Shown: in pieces, positions 1 through 13,524 of the stretch
Layout: the number at the start of each line of letters is the position of its first letter
Numbering within the stretch: the stretch's first letter is position 1
DNA from: Vicugna vicugna
Lineage: Eukaryota
Direction of reading: 5' to 3'
Assembly (NCBI GenBank): GCA_013265495.1
Contig: MU057711.1
Location: 1,426,001-1,490,000 of the forward strand
Length of the DNA: 64,000 nt
Translations under genes and position numbers: made by a program
The notes under the pieces: generated by a model
Database searches by the model: none
Told to the model about the DNA's origin: nothing
The model's input: only the letters and a program-made list of their open reading frames with translations

Positions 1-1029
1 AAGCAATAACTGGCTGCCTAAAATGAATGGCAGGGATCTGGCCTGGGGCGGAGGGATGGGGACTGTGTGGTGATGAGGTCATGATGCATCCAGGCTCTTA
101 TGTAACAATTAAGCAGTCATTGAAAATCTGCTTTGTGTATTAAGACTAGACCCACATCTCAAGGAGCAGCTGTGGAAATGGAAAACCAAAACCTGGAGAA
201 GCAGGGCTGGGGGTCAGTAAAGCTCCCCAGGATCCCATGGGCAACTGACTCGGGGAGCCTGGGAAGTCGAAATGAGCTGAACAGTCCAGGCGGCAAAGCC
301 TGGGAGATGGACGGAAGGACCAAGAGACTGCTGCCTTCTCTCATCTGAAGAGCCAGTTGTATGGGGGTGGGGTGGAACTTTTCCCTCATTCTCACTGACA
401 TTTGGAGGGTGAGCTCTGTTCCACACGAGTAGCCTGTGGCAACCAGGCGGCAAGATGAGACTGCTGCATCCCCCAGCCCATAAAGCCTGCCCCTGCTGCA
501 CAGTGAAAATTACAGGCTTATATTACAGGGTGCGTGCTGGAGAAGTAGCCGGAGGTGGCTGATACAATCAGAGTTCAGGTAGCTTTATTGAGGATTGTGA
601 AATGAAACTGTTACCCATGTGCCCAAATTTGAATGAGAAAATTTCCCCCCCAAAAATAATAACTGGAACTGTGTGTTTGTTCCTTCTTCTTTGTAAAATT
701 ATTGTAGCAAGCTGTAGCTAGGAATCTAGTATCTTTTTTCCACTTAGAAGAGCAAGTTTTCCCCAGAATAAAGTGGCAGGCCCAAAGGAAGGAAGGCAAC
801 CATTGCTGCAGCAGGCCTCTGAGGCAGCAGCTTCGAGAGGCATTTCTAGGGGCACCAGGGTACCAGAGTGACACCTCAGAGGATGCTTAGGGGGACAACA
901 TGGAGCCCGAAGGGTCAGGACTCTCACTGTAGCATCTTTACTTTAGTCATTTAAAATATTGGAGATTCAGATATGATTTTTGCTACAAAAAATGTTTTGT
1001 TGCTTTTTTCTGCATTTTAATACGTGCTT

Positions 1030-1527
1030 TTATTAAGGCAAAGCTGTGGTGAACAAGGCCAGAGAAATAATCGTCTCTGAAGGGTGGGAGCTAGAATTAT
1101 CTGGGAAGGGGTGTGAGGATGTGAGTGATGAAATGGCCCGTATCTTGAGAGGGGTTTGGGTTACATGCATGAATGTATTTGCCAAAACTCATCTAGTAAC
1201 ACATGCAAGGTTTGTGCATTTCAATCTGTAAATTTAATCTCAAAAGAAAAAAAACTGTAAGCAAATATTGAACTCTAGTTGATACTAGACATGCTGCAAT
1301 ATTTAGGGGAGAGTGTACTAATGCCTGGGATTTGCATTAAAACATTCCCAAAACAATGATGGGTTGTTGGCTGGAGGGAGGAATGGACAGGCAGATAGAT
1401 ATGTAATAACTCAAGTGTAGTGAAATGTCCGTGGTAGAATCTAGATTGTGGGCATGCTGATGTTCACTAAAATTCTTTGGATTCTTCTGTATGTTTGAAA
1501 ACAAACAGAATAAAATACTGAGGGAAA
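1030..1527 (+). mobile_element. Old eutherian LINE-1 3' end (L1MC/L1MD-like)
   Basis: Typical old-L1 3'UTR motifs: gtggtagaatctagattgtgggcatgctgatgttcactaaaattc...ctgtatgtttgaaa...aataaaat. Confidence 0.8.
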
Positions 1528-1543
1528 GGTTACTTTTTTAGAT

Positions 1544-1710
1544 CAACATTTTGCAAACTTCGCTGATCAGAATTCCCTAGAATATTTATTTTAACAGTAA
1601 AATTTCTAGGACCTTTTCTTAGAGATCCAGCTTCAGCAGAGCTGGCGTGGGGCCTAGGCTATCTGCACTTGTCATCAGCCCGGATGCTGGGGCAGGTATG
1701 AGAAACACTG
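1544..1710. mobile_element. MER5-like hAT-Charlie MITE
   Basis: Internal cagcagagctggcgtggggcctagg...atctgcact and terminal tgagaaacactg resemble MER5A/B. Confidence 0.65.
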
Positions 1711-2318
1711 GATGACATTAACTCTCCCCCTGAGAACTTGATGTTGGATGTGAGAAAGAGGCATGCCCAATGGAGACAGCCTCTTGCTACCAACTCAGAC
1801 TAGAAACCTCAGGTTTACCAGGGTCGTTATGAAGTGCAGTAGGTTTTGAGGAACACCAGTTCTGGAAACATCTGGGCAAAGAGAAAAGAATATCTCAACC
1901 AAATTCTAGCTAGCTCTGTTTCTAAAGTCTCCCCAAATGTGTGACTAAGCTGTGAGATAAGAGGATAAAATAGCCAGTTGGTCAACAGCCCTCTTCCTGG
2001 AGAGCTGATGTTGTTGTTGCCAGGGGATGTCTCTGGTTTTCTGCTGGGTCCTCCCAAAGCCTATAAGGAAGTGTCCAGAGGAGAGCCGGTAAGTGCTGGC
2101 ATATCCAGGGATGCATCCTGGAGGGTGCAGGACTCCAAGTGCATTCAGAGAATTGGGCAAGGTTGCTTTACAAGAGAGCGAAGAAGAATAGCATAAGGCC
2201 AGCTGGAAAGGGGCATGGCTGCTTGGTACCATTAAGTAAGCCTGAGTACCCGTGGAACAGTGGTGTATGTCGTCCATGTATGTTAGAATTGAATGAAGTG
2301 TAAAAAGTACACAGAGAC

Positions 2319-2482
2319 TCTTCTGTATAGCACAGGGAACTATATTCAATATCTTGTAGTAACCTATAATGAAAAAAATGTGAAAACGAATATATGTATG
2401 TACATGTATGACTGAAACATTATGCTGTGCACCAGAAATTGATGCAACATTGTAAACTGACTATACTTCAATTAAAAAAAAA
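2319..2482 (+). mobile_element. Short 5'-truncated cetartiodactyl-type L1 3' end with A-tail
   Basis: ctgtatagcacagggaactatattcaatatcttgtagtaacc...gactatacttcaattaaaaaaaaa; closely matches the copies at 38776-39204 (+) and 17848-18214 (-). Confidence 0.9.
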
Positions 2483-3619
2483 TACAAAAGGGGAAAAGAA
2501 ATACAGAGCAGCTTCCCTCTTGGAAGGGAAGGAGGAAGAAAAGGGGAGAGTGGGCCTTTAGAGAATCTGCACTAGGTTATTTCCCAAGAGAGGCAAAGGT
2601 ACAGAAAGAGTCAGAGAGATGGAGTGACTCTGATCTGTTTTATAATCTCCCATTGACACACCCGATTTTGATGAAATCTGCCAAGATGTTGTAGGCAACT
2701 GCAGGACAACAGTTCTGTCATCCCCACAACCAGCCTGGTGACGTCATTAATGGCCTCTCAGGGTCCAGCACCCAAACTGCATCTCTGCCCCTCACTTTTC
2801 TCATGAGCCATGTGAGAGGCACTGCTGGATCTGTTTGCGTGAGTTCTAAATGATCAAAACTCAGCTCCTACTTTCAGGGTTGGCTTCTCTCACCAGAAGG
2901 TAGGCTTCAGAGACCAAGGTGAAAATCAAGGAAGTCCAAATCACTCTCGAGCATTGCTGAAATCACCAATTAAGTCCAGTGTTCTGTGTCATGTGGGATA
3001 AGTACAAAGTGGAGATTTGCACCCCACTACCCGTGTGTCAGAACAATTTGTAGTTTAAAGATGGAACCTCACTAATAGTGGTGAATGGCAGAGTGAGCTC
3101 CACATGCACGCCCCTCGCTCCAGACTTACTCACTCCCAAGCGAAACCATTTAAATAGCTTTTATTTTAAATTACTTTTTCTATGCAGCATGTGGATAGTC
3201 TCCTTTTCATAGAGAAGATACATGTAGATATTGGCTCCACTGAGCTAGATGTAAATGATCAGGAAGCTTCTGAAAATTATGGCAATGCCCCCTCCATCCT
3301 CCCACCCCAACCAGCCTGATATATAATGTTGGGTTTTGATGCTGCATCTAACGTTCAAGACAGGGGCTGTATAACCAATGCCAGTGTAGGAGGCAACCGC
3401 TGAGCTCATAGATATTCCAATCAATGGTCCTATGGAGAATTGCTGTGAGTAGTAACTGCTGAAATCTGGGAGGCAGCCTGGGGGAAGAGAGATGGGGAGT
3501 CTGTGCTCAAGGTGGCCTGCCTTTAGGATCCAGTCATCTCAAAGCAGGAAAAGGAAATGGACATGTTCATGCCTCTCCTTCCGGATTTCTGCCCTCTCCC
3601 ACCCCAGCATCACTTTTGA

Positions 3620-3875
3620 CCAAAAGTTGCCAGCTGGTGGCCCACAAATTTTTTTTCTAATTTGGCTAATTTTACATCATACTTCACATTCTAGCCTTCT
3701 CTTGAAACATCAGGGGACCTAACAGCTCTGGGACTGTGTCACCCTAGCAACAAAGTACTGAGCTGAGTAACAGCCACCCCCTCCGAAGGAACACTCTCTG
3801 AGTCAGAGAAAACCCACCCACCCAGATGGACTTGCTTGTATTGTCAGCTTGTCGCTGATGGCCTGGCCTGCAAGA
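3620..3875 (+). mobile_element. MER102-like hAT-Charlie element
   Basis: gccttctcttgaaacatcagg...gcaacaaagtactgagctgagtaacagccacccc matches the MER102 core. Confidence 0.6.
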
Positions 3876-4519
3876 CCCTGCTCTCAGCCTTGGTGGTCAA
3901 AGAGTTGACAGGCATGTGGGCAGAGACAAGTGGTTCTTGAACATATCCTCTTTGTAGTTCTGCCCCCAAACAGATGGTGCGCCCTTTCCCTGGGGGAAAA
4001 TCTCAGATCTGGTCCACGATGCCACACCAGCCATCGGGGGTCTTGGCTGCGGAAGTTTCTGCTCATGAAACTCAAGCAGCAGAGACTGACACCCTCTGAT
4101 TCACAGGGGAAACTGGCAAAGGTAAAGACAACCATATCCCAACTGGGGATAGGAGACAGATGTCACACAGCACCCTTCTCACGCTTTCCCTGCAAGACTG
4201 ACCTTCCCATGAGGAAGGCGTTCTCATGGGGAGGTGAGTTTAGAGTTTAGGACTTGAGGCAAATGGAAGGGAGCCTCCCTGAAAGGTACCTCCCTGAAAG
4301 GCATTCGTGAATAGTTTAGCCACTTCTTAGTTCTCCTTTTTTCCACGTCTACCTACCATTTTAACTTTCACGGCACTTTAGTAAGTGAGAATGGTTCTGC
4401 AAATAATGCAGTTCCTGATTCATTTCTGCAGCGAGAGACAAGTGGATGGAGGTTTGAAAAAGCACTTGTTTAGTTTTCCACAAGGATAAGGATGACATGC
4501 TTCCCCTCCTATAGCCCTC

Positions 4520-4690
4520 TACACTTTCCAGAGCTCTTTCACCTAGACTTTTTTTATTTCTCAGACTGCTGGTGGGATGGGGAACTGTTTTAGAGCTGTG
4601 GAAACTGAGGACGAGGTAAGCTGGCTGACAGGCAGGTCACACTGCTGATGAATACCTCAGCTGAGACCTAGACTCAGGGACTTCTTTTTC
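4520..4690 (-). mobile_element. MIR SINE
   Basis: Antisense MIR core ggaaactgagg...aggtcacactgctg. Confidence 0.7.
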
Positions 4691-6024
4691 CTCGAGGATT
4701 TCATGACAAGCCGATGAATGCAGCTTGGTTGCCATGGGCACGATGGATGCTTCCCTCACACTATGACTGTGCTGTGACAGACTTTACCTGTGGCTGCAAA
4801 CAGCCCCCAGAAAGGGATGCATTCCAGTCCACGGCGGTAACCCTCGGGGCCGGTGGGATGCCTGGAGATGCCTTGAATGAGCTGTCACTGCCCCCAGCCT
4901 GTGCACACTGACAGAGGCTCCCAGCCCCTCCCGACTGTGACATTTCTCAGCATCAGAACTCAAGCAGACAAGCTCCGCTGGGCCAAGACACTTTGGGCAA
5001 AGTCTGCAGCTGTGATGGAGGCCTGGCATTTAAGTCTATTGATCAATGACAGAAGTAAAACACAAGGCGAAAAATGCACCAGGAGATCTTATTGTCAGAG
5101 CCAAATAGAGGCTTCTCCTCTCTGTTTTGAAGGCAACTGAAAAGAGAGAGAGAGAAGGAGGAGGAAAAACAACCACAAAACCAGGGAAAAGTGGCACTTA
5201 AAAAATGCTGATTGTTTTTTTAAAGGTTTGAGGCAGGGGCTGCTGAGAGCAAAGGGCTCACATGAGGGCAGTGGAGGGGGGCAATCCCAGTTAAGTCCTT
5301 GATTTTCAGGTGGAGATGGATTCGGTCCGTGTTCAGCGGTCCAAATGCAAATTTGTGGCTGCACGCCCTTAGGTGACAACTTCCTGCTTAAGTGCAAGAC
5401 AGGCCATGTGCCTTCCTGAATGCTATTGAAGTGACCCAGTTGCAGGTGTTCTCTGTCTCTGTAAGTGCCAGCCCCAAAGAGAAGCTGAGGCTCCGTCCAT
5501 CTTGCTGGGGAGAAGAAAGGGAACCTGCCTGAAAATGAGGGGAGGAAGGGGCAGAGGAAGCAAGGGACCTTCTGCACAGGGAGAGCACAGGAGGTGGACA
5601 GGTAAGATTTCTGGGTTGCTGTGTGTCCTCGGTGGTCACATCAATCATCCTCCCTGGGCATCAGCATCCTCTCTCCTACAAAAGAAGGAGACAAAGGTAA
5701 TGCCCTTGAAGGTTCCTTCTGATCCCATGAAATGACTTCAGTAATTCACCAGACCACAGAGTCCAGGCTGGAGTGCAGCCGAGAGCCAGGCTGAGCCTCT
5801 TAAGTGCAAGAGTGTGCTGTCTGGGCAAAGCTGAGCCCTGGGAGCGAGGGAGCCCAGGCAGCCGGGAGCCTTCAGACTTTAGTGAGGATCAAGCACCACC
5901 CCCTTGCCCCTGGTGGGGCTGCAGAGCCCTCATGTAGGACACAGCAATATGTATTTTTCATGGTTAACCATCCTAGGTAATTCTGATGCCAGGAACCTGC
6001 GTCCCACATGCTGAGTGACACCGG

Positions 6025-6256
6025 CATTGTTGCTAGGGACACGAGCTTTGGATTCAGAGAGCTGGGCCTGGTCTCATATCTGTCACTCTCCCGCTGTGTC
6101 TCTTAGTTAATCTCTCTGATCCTCAGTGTCCTAATCTGCATGATGGGGATGACGATACCCTCCTCACAGCTTCGTTGTGGGAATTAAATGAGCTAATGTA
6201 TCGAAAGCCCGTAGTCAAGAGTCACTTGTTGTAAGTGCTGGGTAAATGGTAGCTGA
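6025..6256 (+). mobile_element. MIR SINE (near full length)
   Basis: cctcagtgtcctaatctgcatgatggggatg...gttgtgggaattaaatgagctaatgta. Confidence 0.85.
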
Positions 6257-6769
6257 TCCCACTCTTTTTATTGTCATATTATGGTGATCATTGGAGGAGC
6301 TTGGACATGGGGCAGGTCACCTGGCAGATCTGGTATGAGGACTGAGTTCAAACATAAAAATTCCCCAGCAGTCCATAGCTATTTTTATCAAAAGACAAGT
6401 TCTTGGTGATGTGTGACTTAAGTTTCTTTGGTGACAAGTTAGGATCTTTCATCTTTATCTGCCCAGTCAAACAGCTGGCCTATTCTTGAAAGTGGCCATC
6501 CAGACACTCTGGTTTTAAGGTAAAGAATTCCGAAGCGTCCTACCTGCCAGAGGAAAAGTTCTTCACCTCTTCCCTCCCCATTTGAGCCCACTCACCTCTA
6601 GGCACTCTGGCGCAAAACTGCCCTTGACCTTGGGACATAGTAGGTTGACTCTTTCCTGGGCTGAAGATCAGAAGGAAGAGAACAGAAGTGGGCTGTGGAG
6701 TCCCTTAGGCATTGAGGGGGATCCCAAGCTCAAAGGCCTACTGGGGCCAGGCAGGCATTACTAACGTGT

Positions 6770-6990
6770 GAAGCAGCCCTGGAAAGATGGCACTGAATGG
6801 CAAGCCAGGAAGTGGCTGCCCCATGTAAAGGGAGGATGCCTACTCAGTGTAGCCAGTTGCTGACATGCAGGGGGAGACTTAGGATTCCCAGATGCAATTT
6901 TGTTGAAAGACATAAGTCCATATTTGTGTGTGTGTGAATTCTCCTTCTTTGTAAATGTTGTTGATTAAATTAGTTTCTTTCTAAAACACA
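6770..6990 (-). mobile_element. MER102-like hAT-Charlie fragment
   Basis: Antisense core ctactcagtgtagccagttgctgacatgc...tgtgaattctccttctttgtaaatgttg. Confidence 0.5.
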
Positions 6991-7189
6991 TTTCAGAGAT
7001 CTAGAAACCACTACCTCCTCCAGGAAATCTTCATTCTTCGTTTAGAAGACCATGATTTTTCCCTCCTTTCCACTCTCTAGCACCTCCCCTTCCTGCCAGC
7101 GCTCTGTGCCTGACGACCCCGGTTCCCTACGACATCCTGTCTTTGTGGAGTTGTTTCATGTGTTTCCTGGGAGGCTGGGACTTTGCCAT

Positions 7190-7355
7190 CAAGAGCCCTA
7201 GGCTTCAATCCCAGCTCTATTCATCACTAGTCTCAGAGATCTCTCCTTTCCTCAATTTCCTCACCAGTAAAATGGGGATCGTGGTAGTGTCTGTGCCATA
7301 GTGCTGACATAGGGTCCCAGCACAAGGCCTGTGCATCATAAATTCTCCCCAAGTG
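7190..7355 (+). mobile_element. MIR SINE
   Basis: aatcccagctct...cctcaatttcctcaccagtaaaatggggat. Confidence 0.75.
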
Positions 7356-7459
7356 GTGGCCCTCTGAGCACAAGGATTGCACCTCCTTCATCTCCCTCTC
7401 AATGCACAGGGATCAGCACAAGATAGTGTCAGTTACTTGACTCATTTTTAAACACTGAT

Positions 7460-8878
7460 TTTTTTAAGACGATTTTTTTAGAACATGTTTACGTTCATAG
7501 CAAAATGGAGAGGAAACTATAGAGTTCTTATATACCCCCTGCCCCTCCTCATTCATAGCCTTTTCCATTATCAGCATCCTCCGTCAGGGTGGTGCATTTA
7601 TTACAATTGATGAATCTACATTGACACATCATTGTCACCCAAAGTCCATAGTTTATGTTGGCTCACTCTTCATGTTGTACATTCTATGGGATTGGATAAA
7701 TGAGCAACGCCGTGTAACCACCATTATAGTATCACACGGAGAAGTTTCACTGCTCCCCCAAATCCTCTGTGCTCCACCCATTCATCCATCCTCAACCCCT
7801 GACAACCACTGATCTTTTTACTGTCTCCATAGTTTTGCCTTTTCCAGAATATCATGTAGTTGGAATCATACAGTATCTTTTCAGATTGTCTTCTTTCACT
7901 CAATAATATACACAAATTCTTGGCTTCTTTCACTTAGTAATATGCATAAGTTTCCTCCATGCCTCTTCATGGCTTAATAACTCATTTCTTTTTAGTGCTA
8001 AATAATATTTCATTAGCTGAATGTAACACAACTTTTAAACCATTCACCTACTAAAGGACTTCTTGGTTGCTTTCTAACTTTGGCAGTTATGAGTAAAGCT
8101 TCTATAAACATATGTGTGCAGGTTTTAGTGTAATCATAGTTTTCAACCACTTTGGGTAACTACAAAGGAATGATTGCTGAATGTTATGGTAAAAATATGT
8201 TTAGTTTTGTAAGAAACTACCAAATTTTCTTCCAAAGTGGCTGTAACTTTTGCATTTCTACCAGCAATGAATGAGAGTTCCTGTTGCTCCGCATCCTTAC
8301 CAGCATTTGGTATTGTCAGTGTTCTGAATTTTTAAAATTCTAATAGGTGTGCAGTGATATTTTTAACTGTTTTAATTCTCATTTCCCTCATGACATATGA
8401 TGTGGATCATCTTTTCATATGCTTACTTGCCATCTATATATCTTCTTTGTTGAGGTATCTTTAAAGGTTCTCGGTCCATTTTTTTAAATCAGTTTGCTTG
8501 TTTTCTTATTGTTGAGTTTTAAGAATTATTTGTATGTTTAGGACAATGGTCCTTTATCAGATGCTTTTTGCAAATATTTTCCTCCAATCAGTGGCTTGTC
8601 TTTTAATTCTCTTGACAGTGCAGAGCAGAAAATTTTAACTTTAATGAAGTCCAGCTTATTAATTCTTTCCTTTACAAATCATGCCTTTGGTGTCATATCT
8701 AAAAAGTCATCACCAAAGTTAAGGTCATCTGGATTTTCTCCTGTTATTTTCTAGGAGTTTTATAGCTTTGCATCCTACACTTAGGTATGTGATCCATTTT
8801 GAGTTTAGTTTAGTGAAGGGTATAGAGTCTGTGTTTAGATTCTTTTTTATTTTTGCATGTAAATGTCCAATTGTTCAA
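7460..8878 (-). mobile_element. LINE-1, L1MC1-like (3'UTR plus degenerate ORF2 C-terminus)
   Basis: Diagnostic antisense 3'UTR (acattgacacatcattgtcacccaaagtccatagttt; accactgatctttttactgtctccatagttttgcc) followed by ORF2-type sequence (ttccaaagtggctgta, cagcaatgaatgagagttcctgttgctcc). Confidence 0.92.
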
Positions 8879-9396
8879 TGTGGGATTTTTAGCTGAGTTT
8901 TTTTTTTTTGGTCTTTTTTAAATGCATAGTTGTTGAATTTCTTTGTAATAGCATGTTTCTAATACATACATATACGTATCCATACCATTTTTGAAGGTAT
9001 AGAGATATTTTTAAGGATTCATTTTTCCAGTTAATACCTCAACTTGAAATATTACTTCATACCCTATGTAAGCTGACTTCTTCCTTTCTAGTCACTTTGC
9101 AAATAGGAATGTATGAATTGGTATTCATGCCCCTACCTTTAAGATTCTCATGTCAAAATAAATAGTCTACATATACACAGCAAAATCAAATGTTTAGTGA
9201 TATTTGAAAATGAACACAAAATAAGTGTGACCATATAAATGGGAAGGTATTAAATATTAAGTAGTACATGTGATAAAATTAATACAAAATATTTAATAAT
9301 ATGTAAGTTAACCATTTATTTATATATAGAAAAAAGATCTTTTATATACTGGATGAAAGTTTATGGAATAAACTTTTTTTTTTAAGCAGCATATAT

Positions 9397-9870
9397 TTTT
9401 CTTTCAGTTTTATTGAGATATAACTGACATACAGCACTGTGTAAGTTTAAGGTGTACAGCATGATTTGACTTTCATTTGTTATGGAATGGACAGTAAATT
9501 TTGTGAACACCTATCAATTCATGTAGAATGCAAAATTAAAGAAAATAGGAAAATTTTTGCATGATGAAAACTCTTAGAATCTCTTAACAACTTTCATATA
9601 TAACATACAACAGTGTTAATGATATTTATCATGTTGTACATTGCATTCCTAGTACTTATTTAGCTTATAACTGAAAGTTTGTACCTTTTGACCACCTTCA
9701 TCCAATTTTGCCTCCCTTTACTCCCTGGTGACCACAAACCTGATCTTCTTTTTTTTATGTTTGTTTTGAAGTACGACTGACCTATAACACTATGTTAATT
9801 CCTGGTACACAACACAGTGATTTGATGTCTCTATACATTTCAAGATGATCACGATGATAAGTCTAGTTAC
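9397..9870 (-). mobile_element. LINE-1 3'UTR fragment (L1MA9-related laurasiatherian lineage)
   Basis: ttttattgagatataactgacatacagcactgtgtaagtttaaggtgtacagc; homologous along its length to 14155-14738. Confidence 0.85.
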
Positions 9871-11014
9871 CTTGGTGAGAAATGTTGATTTTAGGGATTT
9901 TGTACACTGTACCATGCAGCTCACTGTACAGAAAGGGATGAAGCTCTGCTCTCTGATCAGGAATACTAGAGGTGCAGGGAATGTGGGTTCCTACAACATG
10001 GATAGCCTGTGGCCATCAGCCCACGGTGCTCTGGTTGCCTTAGTAGCCTTTGGAAAGAGTAAGAAGAGTCAGAAATGACCTCAAGGTTACATCTTTGCAC
10101 ATTGTGTATGTCTAGAAGGGAAAATAAGAGGGGTTTGGAAATTTCAGTTCTAACCAAGCTAAGGAAGGGCATCCTAGACATTCCCTTCAAATGCAGGTGA
10201 GCTCCTACTGACGATTAGCTGCTTCTGTGGCCTTTGATTTAAAGATATTGGAAATTTAGCCTCTTAAAGATGTGCAAATCAAGCATGCAGAGAAACTTTA
10301 TTTGTAAGAGAGTGAGAACAAATATTTGAGTAAAACAGACCAGAGAAGGCAAATAAAATCAGGATTTCAGATTTTGCAAGACTCCTTCCCTTAATGACCC
10401 AACCAGGGACTGAGAAAATGAGCACTGCTGGAAAAAAATAGCTGTGCCTAGTTTTGCCTAAGTGAAATGGAGAATTAAACCAAATATCTGGATAATTCCT
10501 ACCTGCTATCACAGACTTGGGTTGGCAGAATAGAGTGGGAAAGACACATACCTTTAGGGAAAAGGAGACCAAAGTTCTGAGGTTCAGTACTGAAAGAGCA
10601 TGTCTTCTGTCTGGTAAGTATTTATGCATTGGACTCTCAGAGGGAACTTACAATCTGGATAGATTAAAGGGATAGCAGTCCTTATCATTGAAAATATGAC
10701 TAAACAGAGCCTCTGGACTGCTTTGACCCAAGCCTGTGCTACTGCTCAGAACGTGGGTTTCATGACCATCCCCTTTTTTCTTTAGATCTAATCAATATCT
10801 GACCTCCTGGTCACACCTCATTCCCAGTACAAGATTTGCTTCAACACATCGTGCCACGCTCCTTGGTCAGCAAAGGTTCTCTGTTTGTAGTCCCTTTTCC
10901 TTGGAGAAAGCCTTGGCTCAGTCCACAAGTCCTTTCCTTGTCTCTGAGAACTGCCTTTTCTCCACAGGAGATATATACCTCAACAAAGAAGATATATATT
11001 AACCTCTGGTCCCT

Positions 11015-11795
11015 ATGTTCATAATATATGACCCCATCCCTTAAGTTCAGCTGACTGGATCAATTGGACACTGAAAACAAAATGTGTCAAACTCTCTCTC
11101 CTGAAAAATTCTGGTGGTAAGATACAGAGAGTAGGGGCCATAAGCTGACCCAAGTCAGCGGCAATTTTCTAAAAAGATGGTCTGTATATTACTGATTTGT
11201 TCCCAGCAAAAGAGACTGACTGGTTATTTATTGGAATGAGTACTTATTAGAATATAGATAACCTGGAGAACTGTTGGGAAAGCTAAAAACCTGGAAAGCA
11301 CTGAACCAAGGCAACCCTGGGGCTTTAAGAAATGATACCTTCAGAAATAGTTTTATGGGAAGAACAGGCTGTTCCTGGTACTGCAGCCAGAATAGATGAA
11401 TTCCAACTGTTTTGAACCTCTTTAAATTTCTTACCAAGATTCAGATTCTTGGGAGTGAACGTCTGTTTGGTCTATCTTGGATAATATGGTTTCCCTATTA
11501 ACTCATGCATAGGACCCCACTTTATAATTCCACCAGGCTGTATTCAGAAAAAGATACTTTCTCAAAAGGAAATTGGAGTGAGAGTAAAAAAGGAAATAAA
11601 TGTTGGACAGTCAAAAACAACAACACTTAGGGTCAGCAAAGATGTCCTGCTTCAGCTTTTTCTAGAGATGAGATTCTTTTGTCTTTCTAGGATTTCATGA
11701 GAGGCCCCACAATCCTTCTAGCAAAATCATTTTTCTGTTTAAGCTGGCTTGAGTTCATTTATGTTACTTATAATCAAAAGATTCTTAACTAAGAC
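11015..11795 (+). mobile_element. MaLR MLT1-type LTR (outer element, interrupted)
   Basis: 3' end tttaagctggcttgagttcatttatgttacttataatcaaaagattcttaactaagac resembles MLT1 LTR termini; putative 5' part at ~11015-11185. Confidence 0.55.
11188..11615 (-). mobile_element. MaLR MLT1J/K-like LTR (inner element)
   Basis: Antisense MLT1 pattern cagcaaaagagactgactgg...ttctcaaaaggaaattggagtg...ggaaataaatgttggacagtcaaaaacaaca. Confidence 0.6.
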
Positions 11796-12609
11796 TCTAT
11801 TCTTCCATTTCTGTAAGAAGTGAACCTCAGCTTTGGCTTCCACTTGAAAGAGACCTGTATATTGATTGGTCAGCCCATAAGAAATCAGTGACCTGTAAGA
11901 TCAGAATTAGTGTGCACCAAATGAGCTGTGTTTGGTGGCCTCAGATCAGAGTCCCCAGTCTGTTCATTTCTATTCACTGAGACCCTCCATGCCCAGCCAT
12001 GCCCTCTTCTCCAGCTCCTGAGTAGATAATAGAAAAATTTTTAAATGCAACAAGGGGTGTGATGTTAGAAAGGCTCTCACAGAAAGCCAAACAAGCCAGT
12101 GGAGCCATGGTAACAGTGCAGACGCATGCTTTATTACCTTGAACCCTAGAGGAGAGAATATGCTTATTGAATCCCATGGCTCCCAGGTCAGTCAAAGACA
12201 AACATCTCAGGGCAAGCATATTCTGCAGTCCATTTTCCTGGGAGAAAGAAAAGGAATCTCTCTCTATTTAAGTGAGTGAATGGGCAGAGCAACTCTCTGG
12301 GCTGCAGAAATAGAGGGAGGGCTCTTCAATGGCTTCAGAGTTCCTTTCTAGAGAAATGCTCTTGCTTGGAGGGGGATAATATTATTATAACAGTAGCAGC
12401 AAGAGTAATAGTAATAGTTAATGCTTTATGTAGTTGCTATGTTTCTAACACTGTGCGAAGTGCCTAAGACTAGTTTTTATTCTCCTAATGGAGTGGTCAT
12501 CTATGTCCTTAAGAAGGACAACAGTCATGTGGTATGACTCAGTTTCCCACTCACACACCTTTGAAGACCTTGTTTGCATCTCTCTTTGGACACAGCATTT
12601 TCTCTGTGT

Positions 12610-12735
12610 TTTGCAGTTATTCAGCTCAGTTCAACATGTATTTTACTGGACTAGAGTTGGAATGCTGGAATGGGGGAAGGGCATACAGAAGAGAAATAAG
12701 ACACATGCCTGCCTTCAAGAAGCTCACAGATGAAT
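12610..12735 (-). mobile_element. L2 LINE 3' fragment
   Basis: ttcaacatgtattttactg...aataagacacatgcctgccttcaagaagctcacag. Confidence 0.65.
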
Positions 12736-13524
12736 GGAAAATATTTTTTTTAAAAAGCTCGTAAGTAAATCACAAGGATGGATTCCCATTTACGCGTTTT
12801 CCAGTTCTATGGCTGTAGAGAGCAGATGCAAATGAAAAAACATTTCCTTCTGGAGTGGGAAAGGGCAGGGAAAAAAATAACATTGAGCTTCTTCCTAAGG
12901 GTTGAAAAATAGTCTGTAAGGTGGGTAGTATATCCCCTGGTATTTCTTGAGGATTTAAAATATTTAATTCAACTTTAAATCCTCTCTCATGCTTATCATT
13001 CTCAGGTCCTAGGACATGGCATTGCACCTAGTAGGTGGTCAATAAATGTTTCTTGAGTTTGTTCAAAGAATAGCAGGTCCCCAAGTCAGACTTATCTTCT
13101 GTTGGTTGTTTTAAAAATAAAATTCAACAAGTTGTGTTTTGCTGTGAAAGGTATAGACTGGCATGTTTAAGATAGAGTGTAAATCAGTCTAAGTTGGGAC
13201 TGTGTGAAAGACTCTGAGAGCCCTTCCTTTTTGGGAAGGAGAGAAGGAGGATATATATAGACTGATGCAATTAATGATGGAATTTTTTTAAGTGAGGCTA
13301 AATTACAGACAATTTCCCCACTCGTCCTCTGGGAGTATAGGCTCCCAAGAGCCTACCTTTGATAGGGATTCTGACCTCCTGACCTCAACTCCTACCACTT
13401 TTTTCCTGCTCTCCACATGGCCACATGGGCTTTCCTGAGGGTCCTCATACACAGGATAAGCATTCTCTGTCTAGATTTGCTATCATTAGCCTGACACATC
13501 TCTGGGAAGCAAAGTAACATGAAA

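Noticed and set aside
2302..2508. TSD around the short L1 (aaaagtacacagag / aaaagaaatacagag)
   Set aside because: It needs several mismatches and an indel in A-rich sequence, so it is too weak to assert.
5095..5577. 160-aa minus-strand ORF
   Set aside because: Low-complexity Leu/Phe/Pro content comes from purine-rich simple sequence on the other strand; no protein family recognised.
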